Source of the DNA: Azolla caroliniana
Lineage: Eukaryota > Plantae > Polypodiophyta
DNA length: 64,000 bases
Reading direction: 5' to 3'
NCBI GenBank assembly: GCA_043228905.1
Contig: JBHGNT010000014.1
Location: 17,484,001-17,548,000 of the forward strand
Below, in pieces: positions 34,814 to 47,800 of this stretch; the first letter of the stretch is position 1; each line of letters starts with the position of its first letter. Under the pieces are notes generated by a model. That model had not been told where the DNA came from. It searched no databases and saw nothing but the letters and a program-made list of their open reading frames with translations. The position numbers and the translations under genes were made by a program.

Positions 34814-37800
34814 AGAAAGAAGAGTGCGTGGATTGCAAGGAGAAGCAACATGTGTCACACCTAGTGGCGCATGTAAACTAGTACTACCCGACAAGAAGCA
34901 CAAGCACCGGATACAAGAATTCGAGAAGATGCTGAATGAAGAGAACATAATAGAAGAAGGGGAGTTCGTGGCTCATATTATGGAAGAAGCCTCATTTAAC
35001 GACACCATCGGGGAAATCGAGGACGTCGTGGACTTGAGCTATCTTCACAACCAATGCGTGATTTCGGTTAACTTCGTCAACATGTATGCTATCATCGATG
35101 AATACCGTCGTGGTATCTCGATGAAGGAAGTTGACATCAACACGAAATATAAAACGGTGGATAAGAAGATCAAGCCAGTTGTTGTTCCACTACCGGAAGA
35201 TAGCTGGCAAAAGATGAAGGAAGTCGCTAACGATCCAAGGTTAAGAGATCCGAAGAAGATAGGTCATGTCTTCACCAAAGAGACGAAGGGGAAGCTATGA
35301 GTTGGAACGGAGAATTTCCTTCTCCATGAAGAGGACCGAATGTTTCGCGATATGCTTGAGAGACATGGGAAGGTTTTCGCATTCTTCCCACAAGAAATCG
35401 GATGCGCCGACCCAAAGGTTATAGAGCCGATGGTGATCTTCACGGTGCCTCATGTGCCTTGGAACTTGAAACCGATACCGGTTCCGAGAGCACACCTTCC
35501 GAAGCTGATCGAGCTCTTAAAGGAGAAGGTGAGTATGGGAATTCTAGAACCGTCGAATGCTCCTTATTCCAATAGGTGGTTCACAGTGCCGAAGAAGAAT
35601 GGATCATTGCGATTCATCCAAGATCTTCAGCCCGTCAACAAGGTGACAATTCGAAATGCCGGAATCGGTCCGAGCGTGGACGAATTTGCCGAAGCGTTTG
35701 CGGGCCGGTCCATCTACTCCATTGGCGATCTCTACTCCGGATATGACCAATTCCAATTGGCGATCGACAGTCGGGACATTACAACCATGAGGACTCCGAT
35801 CGGGCTTGTGCGGATGTGTACCTTACCCCAAGGCGCAACGAACTCGGTGGCTCATATGGTGAATGCCATGAATAAAGTCTTGAAGGATTGCATTCCGGAC
35901 ATCACGATGCCATTCTTGGATGATATTCCAATAAAAGGATGTTTGGATGAGGAGAAAGATGAATCGAAAGATAAGGAAGGTTGTAGAAAGTTCGTTGCGG
36001 ATCATATGAAAGATTGCGAGAAGGTGCTTCAAAGGCTCGAAGATGCGAATTTGACATTTTCGGGAGAAAAATCCGCATTCGGGCAACCGGAGATCTTGGT
36101 GGTAGGTCACTTGTGTGGAGCATACAGCCGGAAGCCCTCGCCATCCAAAGTGAACGCAATCCAAGACATGAAAGAAGAATGCGAAAACCAAACGGAGGTT
36201 CGAAGGTTCCTTGGAGCGTGCGCGTTTTATCATATATGGATTCCTCACTACGCTCATGTTGTTGAACCGTTATATGGACTACTAAAGAAAAGAATAAAGT
36301 TCGAATGGCGAGACGAGCACACAGAGGCAATGCGAAGATTAAAGAAACTGCTTCTTGAAGCTCCGGCACTAAGGAAGGCCGACTATGCCGAAGGGAAACC
36401 AATTTACGTGACCGTAGATACAAGCCCAACCGGAATTGGGTGGGTCATCAATCAAGAAGGTGAAGATAATGCGCGATATGTCGTCCGGTTCGGAGCAAAG
36501 GTTCTCAGCGAACGGCAACAAAGATATGCCCAAGTCAAGCGGGAACTTTGGGGTATTGTGTCGGCAGTGAAGACGGACAAAGATTACATGATCGGGTCAA
36601 AAGTGATAATAAAGACAGATTGTCTCCCAATTCTCGGAATGGTCTCGGGATGTGCGACCCCAGATCTTGCTATGCTAAGGTGGATCGCCTACATCAAGTC
36701 TTTAAACCCAGAGATCCGTCACATCGCAGGGAAGAAGAATGCCATGGCTGACATGCTGTCGAGGGCAAGATTTTCAAATGGAAGTAACATGGTTTCGGAA
36801 GATGAAGATGTCGCCCTCAACTTCTTCAAGATGGCTCGATTGTCGGCGGAAGACCAGGACACGCAAACCCTCCACGCCTTCAACGAGAACGAGTACGAAG
36901 GAGAATGGTTACTCATCGGTAGATTCCTAAGAACATTGACGACAGATGCTTCGTTGACAAAGGAGGAGGCCCTACGAATCCGAAAGAAAGCTTACCGATA
37001 CTTCTTGAAGGGAGGATTCCTTTGGCGACATCCAAAAAGAAGGACAGGAATACCACGTCGAGTGGTGGTAAAGAAAGAAGAGCAAGAGACGCTGATGACC
37101 GAATTCCACGAGAGTGCTTGGGCAGGTCATAGAGGAACATGGGCGACGTTCGAAAAATTGAAGGAGAAGTATTGGTGGCCAAGCATGTACAAAGATGTAC
37201 TCCATTTCGTGTCCACATGTGAAACTTGCCAAATATATTCAAATATACGTCATCGTGATGAGTTAAAGCCGACATACCCACTCACCATTCACTTCAAATG
37301 GATGGTGGATCTGGTCTCGATGCCAATGGGAGTGGGACAAATGAAGTACTTAGCGCTCGCAAGGGAAGACTTGACAAATCAAGTGGAAGGACGAGCCTTG
37401 ACAAATAAGACGACTTCAGCCGTTTGTAAATTTTTACTTGAAGATGTTGTTTGCCGATATGGATGTGTAGGGAAGATAGTGGCCGACCGAGGGGAGTTGG
37501 ACGCGCACGAAGCGACGGAGCTCTTCGAAAGACTAGGCGTGAAGCTCTCCCTCACGACTGCCTACAATCTGGAAGCAAATGGGAAGATCGAGCGAGGGCA
37601 TGGACCTATCGTTAAAGCCATCGTACGGGCATGCAACGGTCGAGTCGGGAATTGGCCATGACTATTACCCTATGCCTTGTGGGCCGATAGAACGACACAT
37701 AGCTCGGTGACAGGGTATATGCCGACAGAGCTTATGTATGGACAAAAGCCGATTATGCCCATCGAAAGGACGATCGCCTCATGGGTAGCGATACCGTGGG

Positions 37801-38243
37801 AGAACGAGATGAGCCGAGAAGAGTTATTAGCGGCGCGGATAAGGCAACTTGAAAGAAGACCTGAAGATTTAGAAAAAGCGCGAAAGATGATGAAGGCAGC
37901 CCGAGTAAAGAACAAAGTTCGGTTCGACAACACGCATCGACTTCGTCCCAAGAAGATTGAAGAAGGGGATTGGGTTTTGGTTTACGACAGCACCCTTGAC
38001 AATCAACACAGTACAGCAAGGAAGTTCGCAAGAAGATGGTTCGGGCCGTATGTGGTGACAAGTGCCAACGATAATGCCACATACTACCTTGCGGAACTAG
38101 ACGGATCAAGGTTGGTTGTACCCATTGCGGGAAAAAGAGTAAAGATTTTACAGAAAAGACAAGACAAGGATCCTGACCTCGATTACCTCGACAATGAACA
38201 TAATAGGGCGGATGAAAATGAAGACATGGAGGAATCTAATTGA
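34749..38243 (+). pseudogene. Pol of Gypsy family 2B (RT, RNase H, integrase)
   Basis: ORFs 34824-35300, 35340-37661 and 37677-38243, separated by single TGA stops; RT GDLYSGYDQ...LPQGATNS...FLDD; integrase GHRG..CETC, ADRG, ERGH, FGPY. Confidence 0.92.
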
Positions 38244-38896
38244 TCATCGTAGCCGAAATCTCACTTCTTCTCTTCTTGGCACGTACCGGAGGACGTGCAG
38301 TTTGGTGGGGATAGATGTCGTGAAGATTTTCGGCAATAGTGTGAAAATCCTATAAAACGTACGAAATCGAGTATGAATCACGTAGTACAATAATTGTGAA
38401 GATAACATTTTAAATAGATTTAATATCTAAGTACAAAATGATGGAGGTTTCAAATGCACTTTATTACACGAGAAACGGACAACTAAATGTCAAGATATGA
38501 GGGTATAAAGTTTGTAAAAGGAAAGGAGAAATTTGTGAGATATCCCACATAGGCACGACAAATACAGCTCTCATCATATATAAGGTGGAGCAAAAGATAT
38601 TATCTTTGTGTCTATGTGTGGAGCATAGAGAGTTCAAGGTAACTTGAACTAAGAGTGGAGGTGGGCTAGCTACTCGTAAAGGGTTTTGGCCAACCAAAAC
38701 CGGACCGGCGATAGAGCCGATGATCCGGCGGCAATCCAACGGCAATCCGGCACCGGTAACCGACGGCATCCGGCGAGGCACCGGTAACCGACGGCATCTG
38801 GCGGCGGCACCGGTAACCGACGGCATCCGACGAACCGGCGTCCGGCGACAAGATAAATAAATATATAAATATATATACATATTTACATATACAAGG

Positions 38897-38968
38897 AGGG
38901 CAAGTAAGGATTCGAACCTTGCACCTCCAAGTTAGGAGTCAATTGGCTTACCATTAAGCCATGCTATT
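38897..38968 (-). ncRNA. tRNA-derived Pol III A/B-box cassette in the family 2 LTR (copy 2)
   Basis: Same sequence as 32373-32444. Confidence 0.65.
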
Positions 38969-39415
38969 TAGTTGAAATTATATTTTTATCGTTGTACTTT
39001 TACATGTAAATTCTCATACATGAGAACTAAAATGAGTGACATGGTTATCATGCACCACATGTAATACATAAGCGCCAAATGGCAAACATGCAATTTATGC
39101 ATGTCTTGTACCCTCACATGCATCATATGCATGAGAGCATCTATAAAAGAGGGAAGGGGGAGGAGAAAAAACACGGTTTTTTTATGAAAATTAAGAAGAA
39201 GAAATTCGTTATCAAATTGATCGTGTAACTTGTTTCTTAAATCTAAAGTTAAAAGTTCAATCAATCTCTCTCAATCGTGTAATCTCAACTTCTCTCTTTC
39301 CCAATCTATCTTAAGTACTTTCTCGCCAAAGCTTGTATCGACTCTAAATCCTTCTGTTCCAGAACCCCAGCGGTTCCGCCTCACGATCCGCGCGTAGTGA
39401 CGGATCTTCACGACA

Positions 39416-39676
39416 CCGGTTCATACCGGGCCTGCACCATCCGGCTCTCCGTAGCCGAGTACTCCTCATCCGGTTCATACCGCGCCTGTATCATCCGGCT
39501 CTCCGTAGCCGGGTACTCCTCATCCAGTTCATACCGGGCCTGTATCATCCGACTCTCCGTAGTCGAGTACTCCTCATCCGGTTCATACTGGGCTTGTATC
39601 ATCCGGCTCTCCGTAGCCGGGTACTCCTCATTCGGTTCATACCGGGCCTACACCATCCGGCTCTCCGTAGCCGAGT
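39416..39676. repeat. 54-bp tandem array in the Copia D 3' LTR (~4.8 copies)
   Basis: Unit CCGGTTCATACCGGGCCTG(C/T)A(C/T)CATCCGGCTCTCCGTAGCCG(A/G)GTACTCCTCAT at 39416, 39470, 39524, 39578 and 39632. About 3 copies in the 5' LTR (44296-44460). Confidence 0.9.
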
Positions 39677-39742
39677 TCGCTCATCTACACTGTTCTTCTC
39701 CCTTCCCATCCAGAGGGACCTGTTTCCCAACAAACTCCCCCT

Positions 39743-42700
39743 TCACTCCGGCATGGGGTGTCTTACCAGCCCGATCCTCTTCCGGCATGCGTCCAGCTTG
39801 TCGGGTGTCAGCACTTTGGTCAGCATATCTGACCCGTTCTCGGCCGTGTGGATCTTCGTCAGTGCGAACTCCTGGTCATCTACTCTTTCCCGGATCCAGT
39901 GATACCTCCGCTGGATATGCTTCGTCCGGGAATGGTAGGCCGCATTCTTAGCAAGGTGGATGGCACTTTGACTGTCGTAGTAGAGTCGGTATTCCTCTTG
40001 CCGGATACCGAGCTCTCCGATGAAGTCCTTCATCCATAATATTTCCTTGCCGGCTTCCACAGCCGCCATGTACTCCGCCTCTGTGGTTGACAATGCAACC
40101 ATCTTCTGCAGCCTCAACTGCCACGAAACGGCTCCCCCTACATATGTCATCACATACCCGGATGTAGACCGACTGGTATCCACATCAGCCGACATGTCCG
40201 AATCGGTGAAGCCGTCCAGTTGAGGTTTTCCGGAGCCGAATCGGAGACACATATTTGAAGTGCCCTTCAAATACCGGAGTATCCATTTGACCGCGTTCCA
40301 GTGCTCCTTGCCGGGATTGCTCATAAACCGGCTCACCACTCCGACTGCGTATCCTATGTCCGGTCGGGTACAAACCATTGCGTACATCAAGCTCCCGACG
40401 GCAGAGGCATATGGAATCTTCATCATATCCACCTTCTCTGCTTTCGTCTTAGGGTTTTGCTTACCGGATAGCCTGCAATTTGCCGGAAGTGTCGATCCGA
40501 CCGGTTTCGCCTCTGACATGTTGAACCGGTGAAGCACCTTTGTCACATACTTCTCCTGTGACAGCCATAATTGCTTCACTGACCGGTCCCGAATGATGTG
40601 CATCCCCAACATTTGTCTTGCCGGACCCAAGTCTTTCATTGAGAAGGTCCGGTTGAGAGCCTTCTTCAGCATCCGTATTTTGACTTGTCACGTCCGACGA
40701 TCAACATGTCATCCACGTATAGGAGTATTAAGAAGTCGCCTCCTTCGAACTTCTTCACAAACACACAGTGATCGGCCTGTGTCTTGTGGTACCCTTGATC
40801 GGTCATGAAGGAGTCGAACTTCCGGTACCATTGCCGGGGATCCTGCTTCAGTCCGTACAGGCTCTTCTTCAACCGACATACCAGGTGCTCCTTCCCTTTC
40901 TCCACAAATCCTTCCGGTTGCTGCATGTAGATCTCCTCTTCGAGGTCTCCGTGAAGGAATGTCGTCTTCACGTCCAGCTGCTCTACCTCGAGGTCCATGC
41001 TTGCTGCTATACTCAACACCGTCCGGATGGAGGTCATCTTTACTACCGGGGCAAATATCTCGTCGAAGTCCACGCCCTTCTTCTGCTGGAACCCCTTCAC
41101 CACGACCCTGGCTTTGTATCTCGGGGGGTTGCCGGCATCTCCCGGTTTCAACTTGTACACCCACTTATTTTGGAGTGCCCGCTTTCCTTTCGGCAACTCA
41201 ACCAATTCGTACGTATGGTTCTCATGCAGGGAATCCATCTCGTCCTACATGGCACTTAACCATTTTCGGCTGTGGGTGTCCTCCTTCGCTTCTTTGAAGC
41301 TTTCCGGCTCTCCCTCATCGGTCAGCAGCACATGCTCTGCATCCGGAAATCTCCGGGGAGCCCTTCTCTCTCTAAGAGGATATCTACGTCTTCGGGCTTC
41401 GGTAACCGGCTCCTCCATTTGCTCTTCATCCGAATCCGATTCGGGGTCTTGGCCGGTTCCGGTCTCAGCTTCCTCTACTTCTTCTTCTACCGGTTCGGTA
41501 TCCTCACCATAACCGGCTGGTTCCTCGAGTGCTAACCGGTCTCTTGCCGGTTGGGTTTGCTCATCGTAGAGTCTATCCTTACCGGTCGACTCAGAGTTCA
41601 TTATCTTCTTCTCCGACTCCCAGTCGGCGAGCGTCTTGTCCTCCATGAAGATAATATCTTGACTCCGGAATACCTTCTTGTCGACCGGGTCCCACACTCG
41701 GTAGCCGAACTCATCATCACCGTAACCGAGGAATATGCATGGCCGGGTCTTTGGACCTAACTTACCTCTCCGGTCCTTAGCTACATGCACGTAAGCGAGA
41801 CACCCGAACACCTTCAGATGCCGGTAGGACACTTCCTTACCGGTCCATACTCTCTGTGGCGTGTCTCCGTCCAAGGGTACTGAGGGTGATCTGTTTATCA
41901 CGTATGTCATCGTCGACAATGCCTCAGCCCAAAACTTCTTGGGTAGTTTTGCATGTGCTAGCATACTCCGGACCCTCTCCATTATGGTCTGGTTCATCCT
42001 CTTGGCCAGTCCGTTTAGTTCCGGCATCTTCGGCACGGTAAATTCGAGCCGGATTCCCTTCGAGTGGCAGTACTCCTCGAACTGCCCTCGGTATTCTCCT
42101 CCGTTATCTGCTCGAACCGCCTTCAGCTTCCTGCCGGTTTCTCTTTCCACTCTCGCGTGGAGCTCTTTGAAGACGGATAACGCCTGATCCTTTGTCTTCA
42201 ACGGTGTGGCCCACAGCTTCCGGCTGTGGTCATCTATGAACGTCACGAAGTACTGCGCTCCGGCGTGTGACTTCGTGTCTACTTGACACACATCCGTATG
42301 CACCAACTCCAGTGGTGCATTACGTCTCATCGGTGGCCTTGGTCGGAAGGAGGTCCGGTTCTGCTTACCGGCCAGACAATCCGTGCACTTCTCTAAGTGC
42401 ACGTTCTTCACTGGAATGAGGTTGTCGTCTGCAAGCCTCTTCATCCCCTTCTCGCTCATATGACACAGCCTCTTGTGCCACAGCTCACATGCGGTGTCGG
42501 AAACCACGTTCACTTCTTCCGGGCATAACCGGGCATTCATCAAGTACAATGTGTTTACCTTCCGGGCCCGAGCCACAATCAGGCTTCCTTTGCTGAATTT
42601 CATGACACTGTTCCGGATGCTACCCGTGTAGCCTTCATCATCTAGCCGACCGGCTGATATCAGGTTCAGACGAACTTCCGGAACGTGTCGGACATCCTTC

Positions 42701-43800
42701 AGCAGCAACTTGCATCCGGTTGGTGTTGACAGCCACACGTCTCCTATGCCGACAATTCGGCATGTTCCTTCATTCCCCATCCGGACACAGCCGTGATCAC
42801 CGGCTGAATAGGATGAGAAGCATTTCCAGTCCGGGGTAAGGTGGAATGACGCTCCGGAGTCTACCACCCAGGTCATCTCGTCGCCGGCAAGGTTTATCTC
42901 ACTCTCCTCGGTGATGAGCATCAACTCCTCTTCACTTGCCGCGATTGCCGTCGTTCCCTTTCGGTCCGGCCCCCTTCGGTCTTTACCGTTCCGGTCTTTA
43001 CCGTTCCGGTCCGGGGTTTGCTTCGAATCGGTACCATCGGTTTCCTTGTCTTTACGGAAATGCCAACAGTTCTTTTGGAAGTGACCCGGCTTGCCGCAAT
43101 AGAAGCAAGTGGGCCTCCCCCTTGACTTTGACCATGTCCCAGACTTCTCCCGGTTCTGGGGACTACGGTTTCTATGTCTTCCGTGTTCCGATTCGGTAAG
43201 GAGCGCTTTGGAGTCGAAGCTCGTATCTTTATCCTTCCGACGCGCCTCCTCATCTAGCAAGCTCGACTTTACTCTTGCTAAGGATAACCGTTTTCCTTCC
43301 GGCCCGACGTTGCCCAAAGTGACAACCAACGTCTCCCAGCTATCCGGGAGGGAACCGAGCAAGAGTAGTGCTAGTACCTCATCGGCAAGAGGTACTTCCA
43401 ATGACGTTGCCTGGTGTATCAGCCCCTGGAAGGCATTCATATGCTCTGCCATGCTGGAGCCATCTTGGTACCGGAGTCTTACTAGCTTCCGGAATACCGA
43501 AACCTGATTAACAGCATTTTTGTTTTGAAACATTATGCCGATCTTCTCCCAGAGCTCATGAGCCTTGCTCTCTTCATTGAAGTTGTTGTACAAGCTCATG
43601 TCGATGAAACACCGTATGTACGCCGTTGTCTTCATGTCCATCGCCTCCCATATCGCGGCGTCGATTTTGTCCGGTCTCTTGTCCCCGAACTGAACCGGCA
43701 GCCAGAGGTCTTTAACAACGAGCATGTCCCTCATCTTCGACTTCCATACTGCATAGTTGGAGCCGGTGAGCTTGAACATGCCGCCAAATGATTCGTCCAT
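39743..43800 (-). pseudogene. Copia D gag-pol polyprotein (gag, PR, INT, RT, RNase H) with one stop (41245) and a frameshift near 40690
   Basis: ORFs 41245-43845, 40666-41238 and 39743-40672: CFYCGKPGHFQKNC, VDSGAS, HTDVC/FIDD/ADNGGEY, YVDDML, FTDSD, ALSTTEAEY, HSRTKHI. Confidence 0.93.
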
Positions 43801-44789
43801 TTTCTGTGTCGAACCTCGCTCTGATACCACTTGACGGGAACTCAAGGCTCCTTATGTCCAACGCTCGGCCACAACCGAGCTTCTTTTCATACGCAGAAAA
43901 CAGGAAACGAAAAACACGACTCAAAGGAGAGGAAGATACACAGGAGGTTTACGTGGAAAACCCCAAACTAGGGGAAAAACCACGGCAGCCCACAGGCTGC
44001 AAACTGTCGCTATGTAAGAATGTACAACAGTGAGTTCACTGAGGCAACGACCTCGTGCTCACAAATCTTCGCCATAGGTGGCGGTTACAACAGAGGCAAC
44101 GACCTCTTTCTCTCTCTCTCTCTCTGTACACTATTACGTGCTCTCTCTTCTTCTTGCACCAACAAGGAGAAATGACAAGAACAACTACTAAAAGTTTGCC
44201 CTAAGTCATATTTATACTAATATGACTTTTCGGCTATTTACAAATGTAGCCTCGATAGGCTCTCAGAAACATATTTACGAATATGTCTCTTCATCCGGTT
44301 TATACCGGGCCTGCACCATCCGGCTCTCCATAGCCGAGTACTCCTCATCCGGTTCATATCGGGCCTGTATCATCCGGCTCTCCGTAGCCAGGTACTCCTC
44401 ATCCGGTTCATACCGGGCCTGCACCATCCGGCTCTCCGTAGCCGAGTACTCCTCATCCGGTTTCGGCCTCGGCCTATCGACCTCGGCCGAGTTCGTTCAT
44501 CTGCACTGTTCTTCTCCCTTCCCATCCGGAGGGACCTGTTTCCCAACAGAGTGGAGGTGGGCTAGCTACTCGTAAAGGGTTTTGGCCAACCAAAACCGGA
44601 CCGGCGATGGAGCCGGTGATTCGGCGGCATTTGACGGCATCCGGCGCCAGTGAGACACCGGCATCCGACGACAATCCGGCGACAGCGAGGCGGCGGCATT
44701 TGGCGAGGCTCCGGTAACCGACGGCATCCGATGTACCGGCGTCCGGCGACAAGATAAATAAATATATATACATATTTACATACACAAGG

Positions 44790-44861
44790 AGGGCAAGTAA
44801 GGATTCGAACCTTGCACCTCCAAGTTAGGAGTCAATTGGCTTACCATTAAGCCATGCTATT
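44790..44861 (-). ncRNA. tRNA-derived Pol III A/B-box cassette in the family 2 LTR (copy 3)
   Basis: Same sequence as 32373-32444. Confidence 0.65.
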
Positions 44862-47800
44862 TAGTTGAAATTATATTTCTATCATTGTACTTTTACATGT
44901 AAATTCTCATACATGAGAGCTAAAATGAGTGACATGGTTATCATGCACCACATGTAATACATAAGCACCAAATGGCAAACATGCAATTTATGCATGTCTT
45001 GTAACCTCACATGCATCATATGCATGAGAGCATCTATAAAAGAAGGAAGGGGGAGGAGAAAAAACACGGTTTTTTAATGAAAATTAAGAAGAAGAAATTC
45101 GTTATCAAATTGATCGTGTAACTTGTTTCTTAAATCTAAAGTTAAAAGTTCAATCAATCTCTCTCAATCGTTTAATCTCAACTTCTCTCTTTCCCAATCT
45201 ATCTTAAGTACTTTCTCGCTAAATCTTACGCCAAAGCTTGTACCGACTTTGAATCCTTCCGGTCCAGAACCCCGGCAGTTCCGCCTCACGATCCGCGTGT
45301 AGTGACGGATCTTCACGACATAATAAAGTGGTGAACCCGACGTGAAAGAGGCGGTAGGAAGGATCAAGTCGAGATTAATACTTGGAGATGGCGTCCTCAA
45401 GCAACCAAGCAGGAGAGATTGAAAGGATGATGCTAATCGTCGAGCAAATGATGAGATCTCGGGACAACGACACGAGCGTGGAGAAGGTTGTCGATCGTGT
45501 CGTGGAGCTCGAGGACCAATTCGATGGAAGGAATGTTACGAAGTTCCTTGATGCATATAGAAGGGAGATGAATCAGAGGGACGTGTCCGAGGCACATCAA
45601 ATCGTAAGCTTCAAGAGAGTTGTCACCAACAACATCCAAAGACACGTCATCGAGCTTCAAGAAGGTAAGACAACATGGTCCGAGTTCGAGAAAATGATAC
45701 TAGCGGAGTTCGTGACTGAAGACTCAACGAGGATGACTCGACATGCCCTAATGAAGTGGATAGAGAAGAAGAATAAGAAGATGAGCGTCTCGAGGGTGTA
45801 CGACGAATTCGACCAGATGTTTAGTCGTCTCCCCAATACGGACCAAGTGTTGCTTGAAGAGGACAAGACTTTGTACTTCTTGAAGGCCGTGGACATAAAG
45901 GATAGACGGGAGTTGGGGACTCTTCTCGAAGATGATACCCAAGCAAATGGGCTCGTAGCGGACTGGATTGCGGTGAAGCGGGCATGCAATAGGCTCGACA
46001 AGCGTCGCCAATGGGTTGATGACACCGACTTGACGGGACCGACTACCACGGAGAAAGCAAGACCGCCGAAAGTAGCTGAGCCGCCAAGACAAAGTAACGT
46101 GGAAGAAAAGAAGATTGATGACGACATCATTGAAGAGCTAGCGAAGAAGTTCGAGAAGGTCACACTAGCCAACATGAATCGTCGGGGCCCTAAGGGAAAA
46201 GAACCCTTTAGATGCGTGTGGTGCGATAGCATGGACCACATGAGAAGGGATTGTGCGAGCCTTCGAGAGGCGATTCGACAAAATATCGTATACATAGAGG
46301 ACAACATGATCTGCTCAAGCGAGACTAGAAGACCCCTATGGGTGAATTTCGGAAGAGAAGGAATGAAGAAATCTATGGAGGATGCCGATGCGACTCATGT
46401 GGATGCGATGCACTATGCTGCGTCGGCCGGAATAAGAGTCGGGAAAGACAAGACTGAAGCTACTAGAGCGGGAGCAAAGTTTTGGACTTCCGTTCTCGAA
46501 TATGAGAAGAAGGGAAAAGTCACATCCAACGAGGTAGAGCTTGCGGACCGAAGCGTGCAAAGCATAACCGGGTGGTCAGATCCGGTGGACGACAACACCA
46601 TACTCGCAGAGGTGATGTGCGACAACCACGAGGTGTTCGTCAAAGAAAAGAGAAAGAGAATAGAAGAGCAAGGCCCATCAAAAAGACATGAAACAAGGAA
46701 CGCGAAAAAGAAGGACGATGCGGAGACGAGTCGACCTTTTCAAACGGAGGAACGAGAATCAAGCCGAAAAGGGGAGCCGAGCATACGAGTTGAAGAAACG
46801 GTTCGGCCCGTGAAGGTTGGTGTCGAAGACCCCGCTCGGAGGACAAGGACTATACCTACCTATAAGCTAAGGTCGGACATAGAGCAGACGACAGACCTAA
46901 AGAAGATTCTCGAAGAACGAGTTCTTGATAGCCATGTAACTTTGTCCTTAAGGGAATTGCTTGGCATTACGAAGAAGGAGTTCCATGACACGATCGTGGA
47001 CCTTGTAAAGAGAAAGAGACAACAATCGGACGAGGAAGAAGAGAAGCCGCAAAAAGCAAAAACGAATGCTATAACGATGGCAAGAGACGAAATCGATGAA
47101 GATATGGTGGACAGCCACTACACTCAACCTCATTGGGCACGAGCGACAACAGAGACGCCGGTGAAGATCGGGGAGAAGAAAGAGACCGTGGTAGCCTTGA
47201 TCGACCACGGCTTGGAGATTAACCTCATGGCAACCGACTTCTACAAAAAAGGAAGGTGGCCAATTAATACAAACCACGGATGGAAGATTGTCCCAATATC
47301 AAAGTCACGATCGGGGATGTGGAGATGGATCAACACTTCTTCGTACAAGAATCGGCGTCGCATCCTGTCATCCTAGGGCAACCTTATATCACATCATCTC
47401 GGATGGAGACCAGAGTGTTCGATAATGGAGCAGCCTTCGCACGAATAAAGAGTCTTGACAACCAAAGATCGGTCCAATTCCTAACGGTGTGAGCCAATCA
47501 TGAAAGGAATCGAGATAGTCTCGGAGGCGAAGCCTCGAATTTTTAGAGCGGACTATTGAAGCATGGGGCACAAATAGTCCGAGCAATCACAAGACCCCAC
47601 GAGAAAGAAGAGTGCGTGGATTGCAAGGAGAAGCAACATGTGTCACACCTAGTGGCGCATGTAAACTAGTACTACCCGACAAGAAGCACAAGCACCGGAT
47701 ACAAGAATTCGAGAAGATGCTGAAAGAAGAGAACATAATAGAAGAAGGAGAGTTCGTGGCTCATATTATGGAAGAAGCCTCATTTAACGACACCGTCGGC

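Larger units (their letters stand above)
31692..39415 (+). mobile_element. Gypsy family 2 copy B, both LTRs present (31692-32903 and 38316-39415)
   Basis: 4-bp TSD CCGG (31688-91 and 39416-19), 12-bp terminal inverted repeat TGTCGTGAAGAT/ATCTTCACGACA, Trp PBS 32912-32928, PPT GGTGGGGATAGA. Gag from 32971, with a ~0.4-kb deletion at ~34497 that removes the protease active site; pol 34749-38243 with two breaks. Confidence 0.95.
31225..44548 (-). mobile_element. Copia D (Tnt1-like), complete: 5' LTR 43832-44548, 3' LTR 31225-39732 (split by Gypsy 2B)
   Basis: 5-bp TSD GAGTG (31220-31224 and 44549-44553), Met-i PBS TGGTATCAGAGCG (43817-43829), PPT 39733-39745, paired LTRs TGACG...CCCAACA. Confidence 0.95.

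Noticed and set aside
39397-39951. Repetitive ORF (SGSYRACIIRLSVAEYSS)n and a superficially CRISPR-like periodic array
   Set aside because: It is the translation of the 54-bp head-to-tail LTR repeat; there are no unique spacers and no cas genes, and the context is eukaryotic.
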